Assembly: GCA_902619805.1 (NCBI GenBank)
Contig: CACNGC010000002.1
Span: 19,538-83,537 of the forward strand
Source of the DNA: an uncultured SAR116 cluster alpha proteobacterium
GTDB taxonomy: Bacteria; Pseudomonadota; Alphaproteobacteria; Puniceispirillales; Marisalimonadaceae
Length of the DNA stretch: 64,000 nucleotides
Direction: 5' to 3'
Each line of letters starts with the position of its first letter. Within the stretch, counting starts at the first letter, position 1. This document shows, in pieces, positions 17,242-27,312 of the stretch. The position numbers were made by a program, and so were the translations under genes. Below the pieces are notes generated by a model. That model saw only the letters and a program-made list of their open reading frames with translations. It was not told the origin of the DNA and searched no databases.

Positions 17242-17979
17242 TTGCAAACCATAATTTGTATGAAATGGGGTTCTCGATATGGACCTAATTATGTCAATAG
17301 ACTTTATAATTCAATTAAAAGACACACAAAAAGGCATACTAATCTCTATTGTTTTACTGATAACAAAGAAGGTATCAATAAGAATGTTATATGCGAGCCA
17401 CTTCCTGAGATAAACCTCCCCAAAAATATTTCAAGCACTCCGTGGCGCAAATTAAGTGTTTGGCAATATCCTTTGAGTCAACTTTCTGGAGACGTATTAT
17501 TTTTAGATCTTGATTTGATAATTACAGGTAACTTGGATAGGTTTTTTGATTATAAACCAGGAAATTATTGTGTTATTGAAAACTGGACCCAAAAAGGAAA
17601 AAATATTGGCAACACAAGTTGTTTTAGATTTCGTGTAGGTAACCATATTTCAATTTTTAACAAATTCCAGATAGAACCTGTTAAGATTTGGAAAAAATAT
17701 CACATAGAACAAATCTATCTTAGTCATGAAATTAAAGACCAAGTCTTTTGGCCTTCAGATTGGTGTAAAAGTTTTAAACATAACCTCCTTCCCTCTTGGC
17801 CCTTTAGAATTTGGGAAGCTGCAAAGTTACCTAGTGATACTAGCATAGTTGCATTCACTGGCAAACCAGATCCAGACGATGTGTTAGCAGGAAAATGGCC
17901 GGTTAAAAAATACCAATTTTACAAAAAAGTTTATAAACAGTTAAAAACTCCTCAATGGGTTTTGGATAATTGGCTATAA
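17242..17979 (+). CDS. Conserved hypothetical, putative glycosyltransferase-like protein
   Basis: 245 aa with clean coding periodicity. The N-terminal C-x-KWG..YGPNYVN.L motif and a DLDLIITG (DxD-like) segment resemble a family I recall being annotated as glycosyltransferase in alphaproteobacteria. I cannot name the family. The start could be TTG 17242 or ATG 17260. Confidence 0.5.
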   Translation: MQTIICMKWGSRYGPNYVNRLYNSIKRHTKRHTNLYCFTDNKEGINKNVICEPLPEINLPKNISSTPWRKLSVWQYPLSQLSGDVLFLDLDLIITGNLDRFFDYKPGNYCVIENWTQKGKNIGNTSCFRFRVGNHISIFNKFQIEPVKIWKKYHIEQIYLSHEIKDQVFWPSDWCKSFKHNLLPSWPFRIWEAAKLPSDTSIVAFTGKPDPDDVLAGKWPVKKYQFYKKVYKQLKTPQWVLDNWL

Positions 17980-17980
17980 A

Positions 17981-18937
17981 TTAATTTAAAACATTTATTG
18001 GTTTTTTTATTATGAACGCTTCTATTGCCTCTAAATAACCATTAAAAAACTTTTTGTAAGCCTCTGAAGAGACATAGCCAATATGTGGTGTAAGTAAAGT
18101 GTTTTTAGTTTTTCTTAATATATGATCCTTTGGTAGAGGCTCTTGATCATATACATCCAAAGCAGCACACGAAATAATACCATTATTCAATGCATCTATA
18201 AGATCTTTTTCATTTATAATTGGACCTCTGCTGGTATTTACTAATACGCATTCTTTTTTCATTAATTTAAATTTATTATTATCGATGTATCCTCTTGTGC
18301 GATCAGACAATCTAGTGTGAACTGTTAAAATATCTGATTTAGAAAACAAATCATTACTATTAACAAAATTTACTCCTACTATGTCACAATCTTCTTTTTT
18401 TAAATTATGACTCCATGCAATAACTTTCATGCCGAAAGCTTTGCCAAAATTGGCAACTTGTTTACCTTGTTTTCCAAGTCCAAATATTCCTAATGTATTT
18501 CCTTTTAATCCTCTTCCAATTGTAGTTTGCCATTTGCCATCTTTCATGTTTTGAATTTCAGTTTGTAGACCTCTCCAACTATTCATGATAAGTGCCCATG
18601 CTAATTCAGCCGTAGAATGGATTTTAGTATCCGTTCCACAAAAGATAATATTTCTTTTCCTTAGAGACTCTGCGTCTACAGATGCATTCCACATTCCGCT
18701 TGTAATAACTAACTTTAGGTTTGGAAGTTTATTGATTAACTCTTCAGGTAATGGGGTTCTTTCTCTCATCAAACATAAAACGTCATAATCAAATAGTTTT
18801 TCTGACAAGTAAGGATCGTCTCCAATATATTCATTAAACACCTTAAGCTCTATTTTATCACTAAGGGTGTCCCAATTAGCAAAATGATGTGTAACTTTCT
18901 GATAATCATCCAAAATAGCTACCTTAATTTTTTTCAT
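17981..18937 (-). CDS. D-isomer-specific 2-hydroxyacid dehydrogenase family, NAD-binding
   Basis: 318 aa. Motifs: GIFGLGKQGKQVA (GxGxxG), NTSRGPIINEKDL, LDVYDQEP and TPHIGY. Confidence 0.85.
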   Translation of the reverse strand: MKKIKVAILDDYQKVTHHFANWDTLSDKIELKVFNEYIGDDPYLSEKLFDYDVLCLMRERTPLPEELINKLPNLKLVITSGMWNASVDAESLRKRNIIFCGTDTKIHSTAELAWALIMNSWRGLQTEIQNMKDGKWQTTIGRGLKGNTLGIFGLGKQGKQVANFGKAFGMKVIAWSHNLKKEDCDIVGVNFVNSNDLFSKSDILTVHTRLSDRTRGYIDNNKFKLMKKECVLVNTSRGPIINEKDLIDALNNGIISCAALDVYDQEPLPKDHILRKTKNTLLTPHIGYVSSEAYKKFFNGYLEAIEAFIIKKPINVLN

Positions 18938-18940
18938 TCT

Positions 18941-20413
18941 CTATCCTTCTTTTACTGAACCATAACCAGCTATTCTTCCAAAGACTGCACCGGACGTTAA
19001 GCCTGATCCACCAGGATATCCATTAAAAAACACACCTCCTACTAATTCTCCGCAAGCAAATAAACCTTTTATAGGATTATCTTTAACATCTAATACTGAT
19101 CCATTTTTATCAACTTTTAATCCACCATATGTAAAAGTAATACCGCCAGTAACAGGAAATGCTCTAAAAGGTCCTTTATCTATTTTCTGTGCCCAATTAG
19201 ATTTTTTAATTTCGAGACCTTTAGTTGATTTTCCATCAAGAATTGTTGGATCAAAAGTGGTATTAAGATCTACTGAATTATTATATTGATCAATAGTTTT
19301 CTTGGTTTGAGTTTTATCAACACCGTCTATTTTTTTTATTAACTCATCAATAGTGTCAGCTTCAACAAAGTGAGCGTCATGGAATCTATATTCTTCATAA
19401 AGTAAGTCAAAAACCTTACTATCAAAAATCTGCCAAGCTAAATGTCCTGGCTGATCTAAAACTTTTTTTCCATATTGAGCATAAGTATAATTTCTAAAAT
19501 TTTTACCCTCATCTAAAAATCTTTTACCATTTGCGTTAATCATAATTCCTAAAAAATAGCATATCTTTCTATAATTTTTTCTTTCACTTGGTTCTAAATC
19601 TAAGCCACCATAATTTTTCATATGTAAATCCATGGGAGTTGCATGACAGCCATCATATAAACCATGTTTAACTGCACCAATTTCTAAGGCCATCTTCAGA
19701 CCATCTCCTGTATTATGAGGAGTTCCTCTTACTTTAGCCTTTAGCCAGTTGTTACCAATGTAGGATTTTCGAAGTTCATCATTCGCCTCGAACCCCCCTG
19801 ATGCTAAAATAACTGCGTCAGCAATTACTTTTTCTCCATTCACATAAACGCCCTTCACCTCTCCAGCTTCGTAAAAGAGATTTGTGACAGGGCTTTGATA
19901 AAAAATTTTTCCACCTAATGCTAAATATACTAATAATTCTTGGTCAAATAAACCAACACCTTCGTTTTGTGATGCCAGTGTTAAGCCTCCCCAAAAAATA
20001 TGCTTGCCATCTTTCAAAAAGCTTTGCCTTGAATAGATGGGTTCAAATTTAATATTGTGAGAAGAAAGCCACTTTATTGTCTCTAATGATTTAGAAACCA
20101 AAATTTTTTGCTCATGGCTTAGTGGCCTACCATCATTAAAGTCTAACAAGTCTTTTTCAAAATTTTCTTGAGTGTAAGAACCAAAATCTGTGTACTCAAG
20201 CCTTTCATCGTTAGGGTTTTTTAAAAGATCCATCAACTGATTACTATTATCATAGGCAAATCGCATTGCACCAGCTGTATACTTAGTGTTTCCACCAGCC
20301 AATTTTTTGTCTGCTTTTTCATAAATAGTTACATCTCCACCCTTTTCTAAAGCAGCTATACCAGCAGATAAAGCAGCGTTACCAGAGCCAACAATTACAA
20401 CTGTTTTTGTCAT
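18941..20413 (-). CDS. FAD-binding dehydrogenase, TcuA (tricarballylate dehydrogenase)/fumarate-reductase-flavoprotein-like
   Basis: 490 aa. N-terminal VVIVGSGNAALSAGIAA...GGNTKYTAG. C-terminal GLFACGE..GG..GGSGLTSGAVFGRIAG, typical of the soluble FRD-like flavoprotein fold. Confidence 0.75.
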   Translation of the reverse strand: MTKTVVIVGSGNAALSAGIAALEKGGDVTIYEKADKKLAGGNTKYTAGAMRFAYDNSNQLMDLLKNPNDERLEYTDFGSYTQENFEKDLLDFNDGRPLSHEQKILVSKSLETIKWLSSHNIKFEPIYSRQSFLKDGKHIFWGGLTLASQNEGVGLFDQELLVYLALGGKIFYQSPVTNLFYEAGEVKGVYVNGEKVIADAVILASGGFEANDELRKSYIGNNWLKAKVRGTPHNTGDGLKMALEIGAVKHGLYDGCHATPMDLHMKNYGGLDLEPSERKNYRKICYFLGIMINANGKRFLDEGKNFRNYTYAQYGKKVLDQPGHLAWQIFDSKVFDLLYEEYRFHDAHFVEADTIDELIKKIDGVDKTQTKKTIDQYNNSVDLNTTFDPTILDGKSTKGLEIKKSNWAQKIDKGPFRAFPVTGGITFTYGGLKVDKNGSVLDVKDNPIKGLFACGELVGGVFFNGYPGGSGLTSGAVFGRIAGYGSVKEG

Positions 20414-20514
20414 TTAATTTTATCCTTTTAGAGGGACTATTTTTATTAGATTGTTAAATTTATTGTTATTCTTTAATATATTTTTTTCAAGTTCATTTTA
20501 TTATTTGGTCTAAG

Positions 20515-21429
20515 ATGTCTTCAAATATAATCGGTTCTCTAATTTGGATCATATTTATATTTTTATCACTATTTACTCACATGATAATCAAGTCTTTATC
20601 AGGTGAAGTTGATTTTATTATTACTTTATTTTCTAGGTTTTCTTATTCATTACCCATTTTATTTATTTTAGCTTACGTAGCTAGAAAATCGCTTTTATTT
20701 CAATTAAATAATTGGAAAAACATTGCTTTAAGATCCTTTTTTGGTTTCGTCACTATGATAATGGTTTTTTCCTCACTACAGTTAATTCCTATTGGACTTA
20801 CTACAGCTCTTGCGCAAAGTTCAGCAATTTATGTTACTCTCTTATCTCCATTTGTCTTAGGAGAAAAAATAGGTCTAGTTAGATGGTCAGCAGTTATATT
20901 TGGATTAATTGGTGTTTTTTTCATGATAAATCCAATCAGTATTATTAATGAGACATCAGAATTGTCTGCTTTAGGTGTTTACCTTGCATTTGGAAGTGCA
21001 TTAACACACGCAGCGCTTGCTCTTATATTAAGAAGAATTGGTAAAACTGAACACCCTGCCACTACAGCTCTAATTCATAATCTATTAACTTCCTTAGTTA
21101 TCACTTTTACTATTATTTTTTTTGGAACTAAGTTCTATGGAAAAACAGGCGATTATGGAATTGAAATTTTAATAACGCCTAATAATATACTTTATACTTT
21201 GATTACGCTTGGGATGATAGGGTCATTTGTTCAGTATTTTATGGCCCAAAGTTATAAATATGCAGAGGCTACAATTTTAGTAACACTGAGATATTTAGCA
21301 ATTCCATTAGCTACGCTTTTTGGATTTATCATTTGGAATGAAATACCAACATACAGTCAAGTTATTGGGGGCTTAGTTGTTATTGGCTCTTGTCTTTTAA
21401 TCACATACCGAGAATTTAAGAAAAAATAA
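20515..21429 (+). CDS. EamA/DMT-family transporter
   Basis: 304 aa with about 10 hydrophobic segments and a two-EamA-repeat architecture. Confidence 0.75.
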   Translation: MSSNIIGSLIWIIFIFLSLFTHMIIKSLSGEVDFIITLFSRFSYSLPILFILAYVARKSLLFQLNNWKNIALRSFFGFVTMIMVFSSLQLIPIGLTTALAQSSAIYVTLLSPFVLGEKIGLVRWSAVIFGLIGVFFMINPISIINETSELSALGVYLAFGSALTHAALALILRRIGKTEHPATTALIHNLLTSLVITFTIIFFGTKFYGKTGDYGIEILITPNNILYTLITLGMIGSFVQYFMAQSYKYAEATILVTLRYLAIPLATLFGFIIWNEIPTYSQVIGGLVVIGSCLLITYREFKKK

Positions 21430-21430
21430 A

Positions 21431-23038
21431 TTAATATCCTATTGCAAGACCATCTTTTCGCCAATCGCTTGCACCAATTAACACATCCTTTTCTTCATCT
21501 ATTAAAATCATTTGACCACCACCAATAGGAGGTACTGGATAATTAATTTTGTGCCCCTTTAACTTTAATTCATTTATTAAATTCAAGTCAAAATCATCTT
21601 CAATATCTAATTCATTTTTATTTGGGAAAATCCGGGAATGATTTAGGGCAAGTTGTGGGTTTAGTCCAAAATCAATCAATTGAGATAAAACATAAGCGTG
21701 ACCAGCAGCTTGGTATTGACCACCCATTACACCAAATGAACCTATTAATTTATTATTTTTTGAAATCATAGCAGGAATTATAGTATGTGCCGGCCTTTTA
21801 TCTGGATTTAACTCATTGGGATGACCCTCAATAGTATTAAAGGCTCTTCCTCTACAATGAAAAAGAACACCACTTTTAGGAGCAGTAATACCACTACCAA
21901 AGGCGTCAAAGAGAGAGTTGATAAATGAAATCATCATGCCATTTTTATCTCTTACATTAAGGTAAATTGTGTCAGGATGATCTGGAAAATCACTTAAACT
22001 ATAAATCTTAGCTTTTTTCATATCAATGGTGGAAGCATATTGATCCAACAAGTTTGAATTCAAAAAACAATCAACAGATAATTTGTTTAGTTCTGGATCT
22101 GCAAGATACTCATCTCTTAAAAAATACCCTATTTTTGTTGCCTCACAAAACACGTGCATGTAGTCAGTCTTGGACATATTTTTTAAATCAAACTTTTCAA
22201 GAAGTGATAAAATAATTAATGCAACCAAACCCTGGCCATTTGGAGGACATTCATGGATACGAAACCCTCTATAATCTGAAGAAATTGGCTTTACCCATTC
22301 AGCGGTCGTTTTACCAAAATCATTTAAGGTGTGATTTCCGCCAATTGATTGAAGTTTTTTGAACATGTCATTAGCAACCCAACCATGATAAAAACCATTC
22401 CGGCCCTCTTGAGCAATTGTCCGAAAAGTTTCAGATAAATTCTCATTCTTAAAATTATCCAAAAACTTAAATGATTTTCCATTTTTAAGGAAAATCTTGG
22501 AAGTATCAGAATCCAAAGACAATTTTTGTTTGTATTTTGACCAATCAAACGCCACCCTCTCATGAACTTTTATACCTTGAGTTGCAAAATTAATGGCTGG
22601 ACTAAAAAGATCTTTCCACGGCATACAACCATGCTCTTTATGGAGCAGACTCCATGCTGCAACAGCTCCTGGTATTGTAATAGCATCAGGCATTTCTGGA
22701 GTAATCACTGATAATTTATTTTTACGAAGAGCGCTTGCCTTAGCATTTGAAGAAGATTTACCAGATCCATTAAGAGCTTTAATATTTGTACTACCATCAA
22801 CAGATAGCATCACAAAACAGTCACCACCAACGCCTGTCATATGTGGCTCGGCAATGCAAAGAACAGCGTTCATAGCAATAGCAGAATCAACTGCATTGCC
22901 TCCATTTTTTAATATTTCAATTCCTACCGATGACGCTATAGGATGAGAGCAAGCTAACATAGCATTAGAGCTAAGAACATTTGATTTTCCTAGTCTTGCA
23001 AAATCTCTTTTATCAAAATTATTAAAAATATCTGTCAA
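21431..23038 (-). CDS. ggt: Gamma-glutamyltransferase family protein (Ntn hydrolase), no obvious signal peptide
   Basis: 535 aa. Motifs: GGNAVDSAIA, GVGGDCF, PAHTIIPAM (autoprocessing Thr region) and FGVMGGQYQ. Confidence 0.85.
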   Translation of the reverse strand: MTDIFNNFDKRDFARLGKSNVLSSNAMLACSHPIASSVGIEILKNGGNAVDSAIAMNAVLCIAEPHMTGVGGDCFVMLSVDGSTNIKALNGSGKSSSNAKASALRKNKLSVITPEMPDAITIPGAVAAWSLLHKEHGCMPWKDLFSPAINFATQGIKVHERVAFDWSKYKQKLSLDSDTSKIFLKNGKSFKFLDNFKNENLSETFRTIAQEGRNGFYHGWVANDMFKKLQSIGGNHTLNDFGKTTAEWVKPISSDYRGFRIHECPPNGQGLVALIILSLLEKFDLKNMSKTDYMHVFCEATKIGYFLRDEYLADPELNKLSVDCFLNSNLLDQYASTIDMKKAKIYSLSDFPDHPDTIYLNVRDKNGMMISFINSLFDAFGSGITAPKSGVLFHCRGRAFNTIEGHPNELNPDKRPAHTIIPAMISKNNKLIGSFGVMGGQYQAAGHAYVLSQLIDFGLNPQLALNHSRIFPNKNELDIEDDFDLNLINELKLKGHKINYPVPPIGGGQMILIDEEKDVLIGASDWRKDGLAIGY

Positions 23039-23090
23039 ATATTTTGCTCCAATATTAATTATTATTTCTAGTAAATGTAGAAATTGATAA

Positions 23091-24290
23091 TTATTGTAAT
23101 AACTTTTTAATATTTTTAGCAGCTTGCCTTATTCTTTGTTCATTCTCTACCAAACCAACTCTTACAAAACCTTCTCCAAATTCACCAAAAGCCACACCTG
23201 GAGAAACTGCAACATCTGCTTTGAGCATTAATTCTTTTGCAAATTCTAAAGATCCTTTATCTTTATATTTATCTGGTAATGGAGCCCAAGCAAACATACT
23301 TGCTTTTGGACTTGGGATATTCCATCCAACTCTAGCCATAGAGTTTATTAGAACGTCTCTTCTTTTTTGATAAGTGCTTCTTATCTCTTGAACACAATCT
23401 TGAGGGCCATTCAATGCAGCGGTAGCAGCAACTTGAACAGGGGTGAAAGCTCCATAATCTAAATACGACTTAATTCTAGTAAGTGCGTTTATTAGTCTTA
23501 TATTGCCAACAGCAAAACCAATTCGCCATCCTGCCATAGCATAAGTCTTTGACATTGACGTAAATTCTACTGCCACTTCTTTTGCTTTTGGTATTTGAAG
23601 GATTGAAGGAGGTGGGGAGTTATCATAATATATTTCTGCATATGCAAGATCAGACAATATATAGACATTGTATTTAAGAGCAATTTTTACTACTTCTTCA
23701 TAAAATTCTATAGACACAACTTGTGCAGTTGGATTGGAGGGAAAAGACACAATAACAGCTACTGGTGCAGGTACACTCTCAATAATAGATCTTTCTAATC
23801 GTTCTAAATATAAATCAGGGTTAAAAATTCCATTATCCATAGCTGGCAAGTGACGTAATGAAGCACCTGCAATTATAAACCCATAAGGATGAATAGGATA
23901 TGAAGGGTTTGGAGATAATATTATATCTCCAGGTGAAGTTATTGCTTGAGCCAAATTAGCTAGACCTTCTTTCGAGCCCAAAGTTACTATTACTTCATTT
24001 TCAGGATCTAAATTAACATCAAATCTCCTTTTATAATAAGCAGCCTGAGCTTTTCTAAGCCCGTTGATACCCTTACTCGTAGAATATCTTCCTGTGCCGG
24101 GTTTTTCTACAGTTTCTTTTAATTTTTGCCTGATATGCTTTGGGGTTGGCATATCTGGATTTCCCATTCCGAAATCAATTATGTCTTTACCTTTTGATCT
24201 TAGTTTAGCTTTAAGATTGTTTACTTCAGCAAAAACATATGGTGGTAATCTTTTGATTCTATCAAATTCGTTTCGCATAAATTTTTTCAA
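23091..24290 (-). CDS. alaC: Class I PLP aminotransferase, AlaC-like glutamate-pyruvate aminotransferase
   Basis: 399 aa. By eye it is nearly collinear with E. coli AlaC/YfdZ: RLPPYVF, DIIDFGMGNPD, GSKEGLA, PNPSYPIH, FPSNPTA, SMSKTYAMAGWRIGF and YLDYGAFTP.QVAA. The gene symbol is less certain than the family. Confidence 0.85.
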   Translation of the reverse strand: MKKFMRNEFDRIKRLPPYVFAEVNNLKAKLRSKGKDIIDFGMGNPDMPTPKHIRQKLKETVEKPGTGRYSTSKGINGLRKAQAAYYKRRFDVNLDPENEVIVTLGSKEGLANLAQAITSPGDIILSPNPSYPIHPYGFIIAGASLRHLPAMDNGIFNPDLYLERLERSIIESVPAPVAVIVSFPSNPTAQVVSIEFYEEVVKIALKYNVYILSDLAYAEIYYDNSPPPSILQIPKAKEVAVEFTSMSKTYAMAGWRIGFAVGNIRLINALTRIKSYLDYGAFTPVQVAATAALNGPQDCVQEIRSTYQKRRDVLINSMARVGWNIPSPKASMFAWAPLPDKYKDKGSLEFAKELMLKADVAVSPGVAFGEFGEGFVRVGLVENEQRIRQAAKNIKKLLQ

Positions 24291-24389
24291 TAAGTCCCCA
24301 AAATACTATATAAAAATTAATTACTTCGGCTATAAATTTGTTATAATTAATTATATTTTAAGGTGTAATATGTTTATTTTAAGGTATCA

Positions 24390-24788
24390 ATGCGTTTTTT
24401 AACTAAAATTATTTTTTTTCTCTCAGGAATTAGTGTTATTGGGCTAATGGTATGGTTTGGTATGCCTAATATTCAACAAGCTTTTAAACCTGTGGAAGTG
24501 ATTTCTGTTACAATTACTATAAATAATAAATGCTCTGTTGATGATGATAGTTTTGCAGTAGCAGTTCCAGGAACAGACATAATTTTCCCATTTAAAAAAG
24601 GGGTAGCAAGGTATAGATTAAAATCAGATAGAAAAGTGCAACTCATATCTAACCCAAAATATAAATCTGTACGCTACGTTGGCATCCACGTTCCTGTAGA
24701 AAAAAAAATGATTTTAGAAGCTGATTGTTCAACCTCACCAAGATTAAAAGGAATTTTTGGCTCTATGAAAAATCAATTTAAGAATTAA
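24390..24788 (+). CDS. Hypothetical protein with an N-terminal membrane anchor/signal
   Basis: 132 aa. One N-terminal hydrophobic helix (IIFFLSGISVIGLMVWF). I recognise no family. It lies 11 nt upstream of the amidase gene. Confidence 0.5.
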   Translation: MRFLTKIIFFLSGISVIGLMVWFGMPNIQQAFKPVEVISVTITINNKCSVDDDSFAVAVPGTDIIFPFKKGVARYRLKSDRKVQLISNPKYKSVRYVGIHVPVEKKMILEADCSTSPRLKGIFGSMKNQFKN

Positions 24789-24799
24789 GGGTAGTTTCA

Positions 24800-26218
24800 A
24801 TGAAAAATTCAAACAAAAATTTACCAAGTGACCCTCTCACTGGCATATCAATAAATGAATTAGGGAAGAAGTTTAGAGATGGTTTGGTTAGCTGTAAAGA
24901 AATTACATCAATATACTATGAAAGAATAAGAATTTTAAATCCACACCTTCACGCTTATATATATATAGACGAAAATCAAGGACTTACTTGGGCAGATGGA
25001 ATAGACAAACTATTTTCTTGCGGAGTTGATTTAGGGCCTTTAATGGGGATACCAGTTGCGATCAAAGATATTTGTTCTGTAAATAAAATGCCTACAACTA
25101 ATGGCTCTCAGATAGAAAGTGAAGATATAACAGGACCAGAAGGAAATTTAGTTAAAAGATTAAAATCTATTGGTTGTGTAATTTTAGGTAAAACACATAC
25201 TGTTGAGTTTGCTTTAGGCGCGACTGGGCTAAATAAATATAAAGGCACCCCTAAAAATCCATGGGATAAAATAATACATAGGATGCCAGGAGGATCAAGT
25301 AGCGGCTCTGCTGTAGCTGTTGCTTCTGGTCTTGCTGCTTTCGCCATTGGCACAGACACTGGAGGTTCAGTAAGAATTCCTGCTTCACTTAATGGTATAG
25401 TTGGATTAAAAACAACAAAAAATAGGTGGCCAACCGATGGTATTTTTCCATTATCTCCTACTTTAGACACACCTGGACCCATAGCAAGAAATGTTAAAGA
25501 TACAAAATTAATTTTTAATACATATAATGGTATAACTATAGATCAAAAACCCATAAAGCTTGATGGTATGACTTTTGGAAAACTGAAAGAACCCTTTACA
25601 TCAAATTTGGATCCAGAGGTTGCAGAAGCATACGAAATTATTTGTGATAAATTAGAAAATTTAGGTGCAACTATTGAAGACGTTATAATTTCTGAAGCTA
25701 ACGAAAAGGCAACTTTGTTTCCTGCAATTGTTGGATCAGAAATTATTAGTGCTTTTGGAATAGATAGGTTTAATAAAAATGTTGAAAAAATGGATCCAGT
25801 AACTGGAAATAGGGCCAAGTTAGGTCTTAAAGTATCATCATTTGAATACATTAAGGCAAAAAATAGAGTCTCAGAATTAGAAAACATTATTGGAAAATAT
25901 TTTACAAAATATGATGCTCTTATCTCACCTACAACTGTAATGCAGGCCCTTGAAGTTGACAAATCAACAATAGGTGGAGAACTCCACGAAAGAAGCCTTC
26001 TTGCATCGGCGAACACACAACCTGTAAATATTTTTGGATTATGTGGAATTTCTTTTCCCATTCATAATTTATTGAATAATAAAAATAGTAAAACATTACC
26101 AATTGGTTTACAAATCATATGTGGTAAGAACGAAGATGAGAAAGCAGTTGAAATTGCTCTAGCTTTAGAAAATTATCTGGGAGAGCCTCAACTTCCTGAC
26201 GTCAGCAAGTTTTTATAA
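24800..26218 (+). CDS. Amidase-signature (AS) family amidase, GatA-like
   Basis: 472 aa. Motifs: GGSSSGSAVAVASG and GTDTGGSVRIPAS (Ser-cisSer-Lys signature). Confidence 0.9.
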   Translation: MKNSNKNLPSDPLTGISINELGKKFRDGLVSCKEITSIYYERIRILNPHLHAYIYIDENQGLTWADGIDKLFSCGVDLGPLMGIPVAIKDICSVNKMPTTNGSQIESEDITGPEGNLVKRLKSIGCVILGKTHTVEFALGATGLNKYKGTPKNPWDKIIHRMPGGSSSGSAVAVASGLAAFAIGTDTGGSVRIPASLNGIVGLKTTKNRWPTDGIFPLSPTLDTPGPIARNVKDTKLIFNTYNGITIDQKPIKLDGMTFGKLKEPFTSNLDPEVAEAYEIICDKLENLGATIEDVIISEANEKATLFPAIVGSEIISAFGIDRFNKNVEKMDPVTGNRAKLGLKVSSFEYIKAKNRVSELENIIGKYFTKYDALISPTTVMQALEVDKSTIGGELHERSLLASANTQPVNIFGLCGISFPIHNLLNNKNSKTLPIGLQIICGKNEDEKAVEIALALENYLGEPQLPDVSKFL

Positions 26219-26341
26219 TTTTAGATTTATAAAGAATAACTCAAATATAAAAAAATAACTTTTTTATCTTGAAATTTATAATTTAAAAAATTAATTAATA
26301 TTCAAGTATTAATGAGGCATCGCTCTTAAAAGGTAAATAAT

Positions 26342-27298
26342 TTGTCTGATAAACTTATAAACGCAACTAACTTAAAAAAATCTTTTGATCAATTTATTGC
26401 AGTAGATGATATTGATTTGTCAGTATCAAGAGGTGAGGTGGTTGGCTTTCTTGGTCCAAATGGTGCAGGAAAGTCTACAACAATGAAGATGCTGACTGGT
26501 TTTTTAGAACCAGATAATGGTGAGATTTTTATTAACAATATTAATCTTAAATCTGATCCATTAAAAGCAAAAGAATACATAGGGTACCTACCTGAAGGTG
26601 CTCCATCATATTCAGATATGATAGTTGAAGACTTTTTGTCATTTATTGGAAAAATGAGAGGGTTGAATAATAATTCTCTAAGCAATCGCTTAGAGGAAAT
26701 GGCTAATCAAATTAACTTAAAAGAAATGTGGAACAGACCTATAGAGACGCTTTCTAAGGGTTTTAAAAGAAGGGTTGGTATTGCTCAAGCATTAATACAT
26801 GACCCTGATATATTGATATTAGATGAACCAACTGATGGCTTAGATCCTAATCAAAAACACGAAATGAGAAACCTCATAAAAAGAATATCTACTAATAAAG
26901 CTATTGTTATTTCAACACATATCTTAGAAGAGGTTGAGGCAGTATGTTCACGGGCTGTAATTATTGCAAATGGAAAGTTACTTGCAAATGACACTCCTAA
27001 AAATTTAGAAAATAAATTTCTAAACAAAAATACTGTATCTATTAAAGTATCTAGTAAAATTAATAATGTTATCTCTAAAGAAATAAAATCATTATTAAAA
27101 TACGATGACGTCAAAATTCAAAAAACAGACATTTCAACTCATACAATTTTAGTTAGTGATAACCAGAAAAATCCAAATCTTAATACAGTTTTAAAACAGA
27201 TAAACAAACTCAAGCTTGATGTAATTGAGGCAAATTTTCAAAAGGTAAGTCTTGAAGAAATCTTTAGAACAATAACCTCAGACAACAATTCAAAATAA
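26342..27298 (+). CDS. ABC transporter ATP-binding protein (ABC-2/GldA-like)
   Basis: 318 aa with a TTG start. Walker A GPNGAGKSTT, signature LSKGFKRRV and Walker B ILILDEPTDGLD. Confidence 0.9.
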   Translation: MSDKLINATNLKKSFDQFIAVDDIDLSVSRGEVVGFLGPNGAGKSTTMKMLTGFLEPDNGEIFINNINLKSDPLKAKEYIGYLPEGAPSYSDMIVEDFLSFIGKMRGLNNNSLSNRLEEMANQINLKEMWNRPIETLSKGFKRRVGIAQALIHDPDILILDEPTDGLDPNQKHEMRNLIKRISTNKAIVISTHILEEVEAVCSRAVIIANGKLLANDTPKNLENKFLNKNTVSIKVSSKINNVISKEIKSLLKYDDVKIQKTDISTHTILVSDNQKNPNLNTVLKQINKLKLDVIEANFQKVSLEEIFRTITSDNNSK

Positions 27299-27312
27299 TT
27301 GGTTAAAAATCC

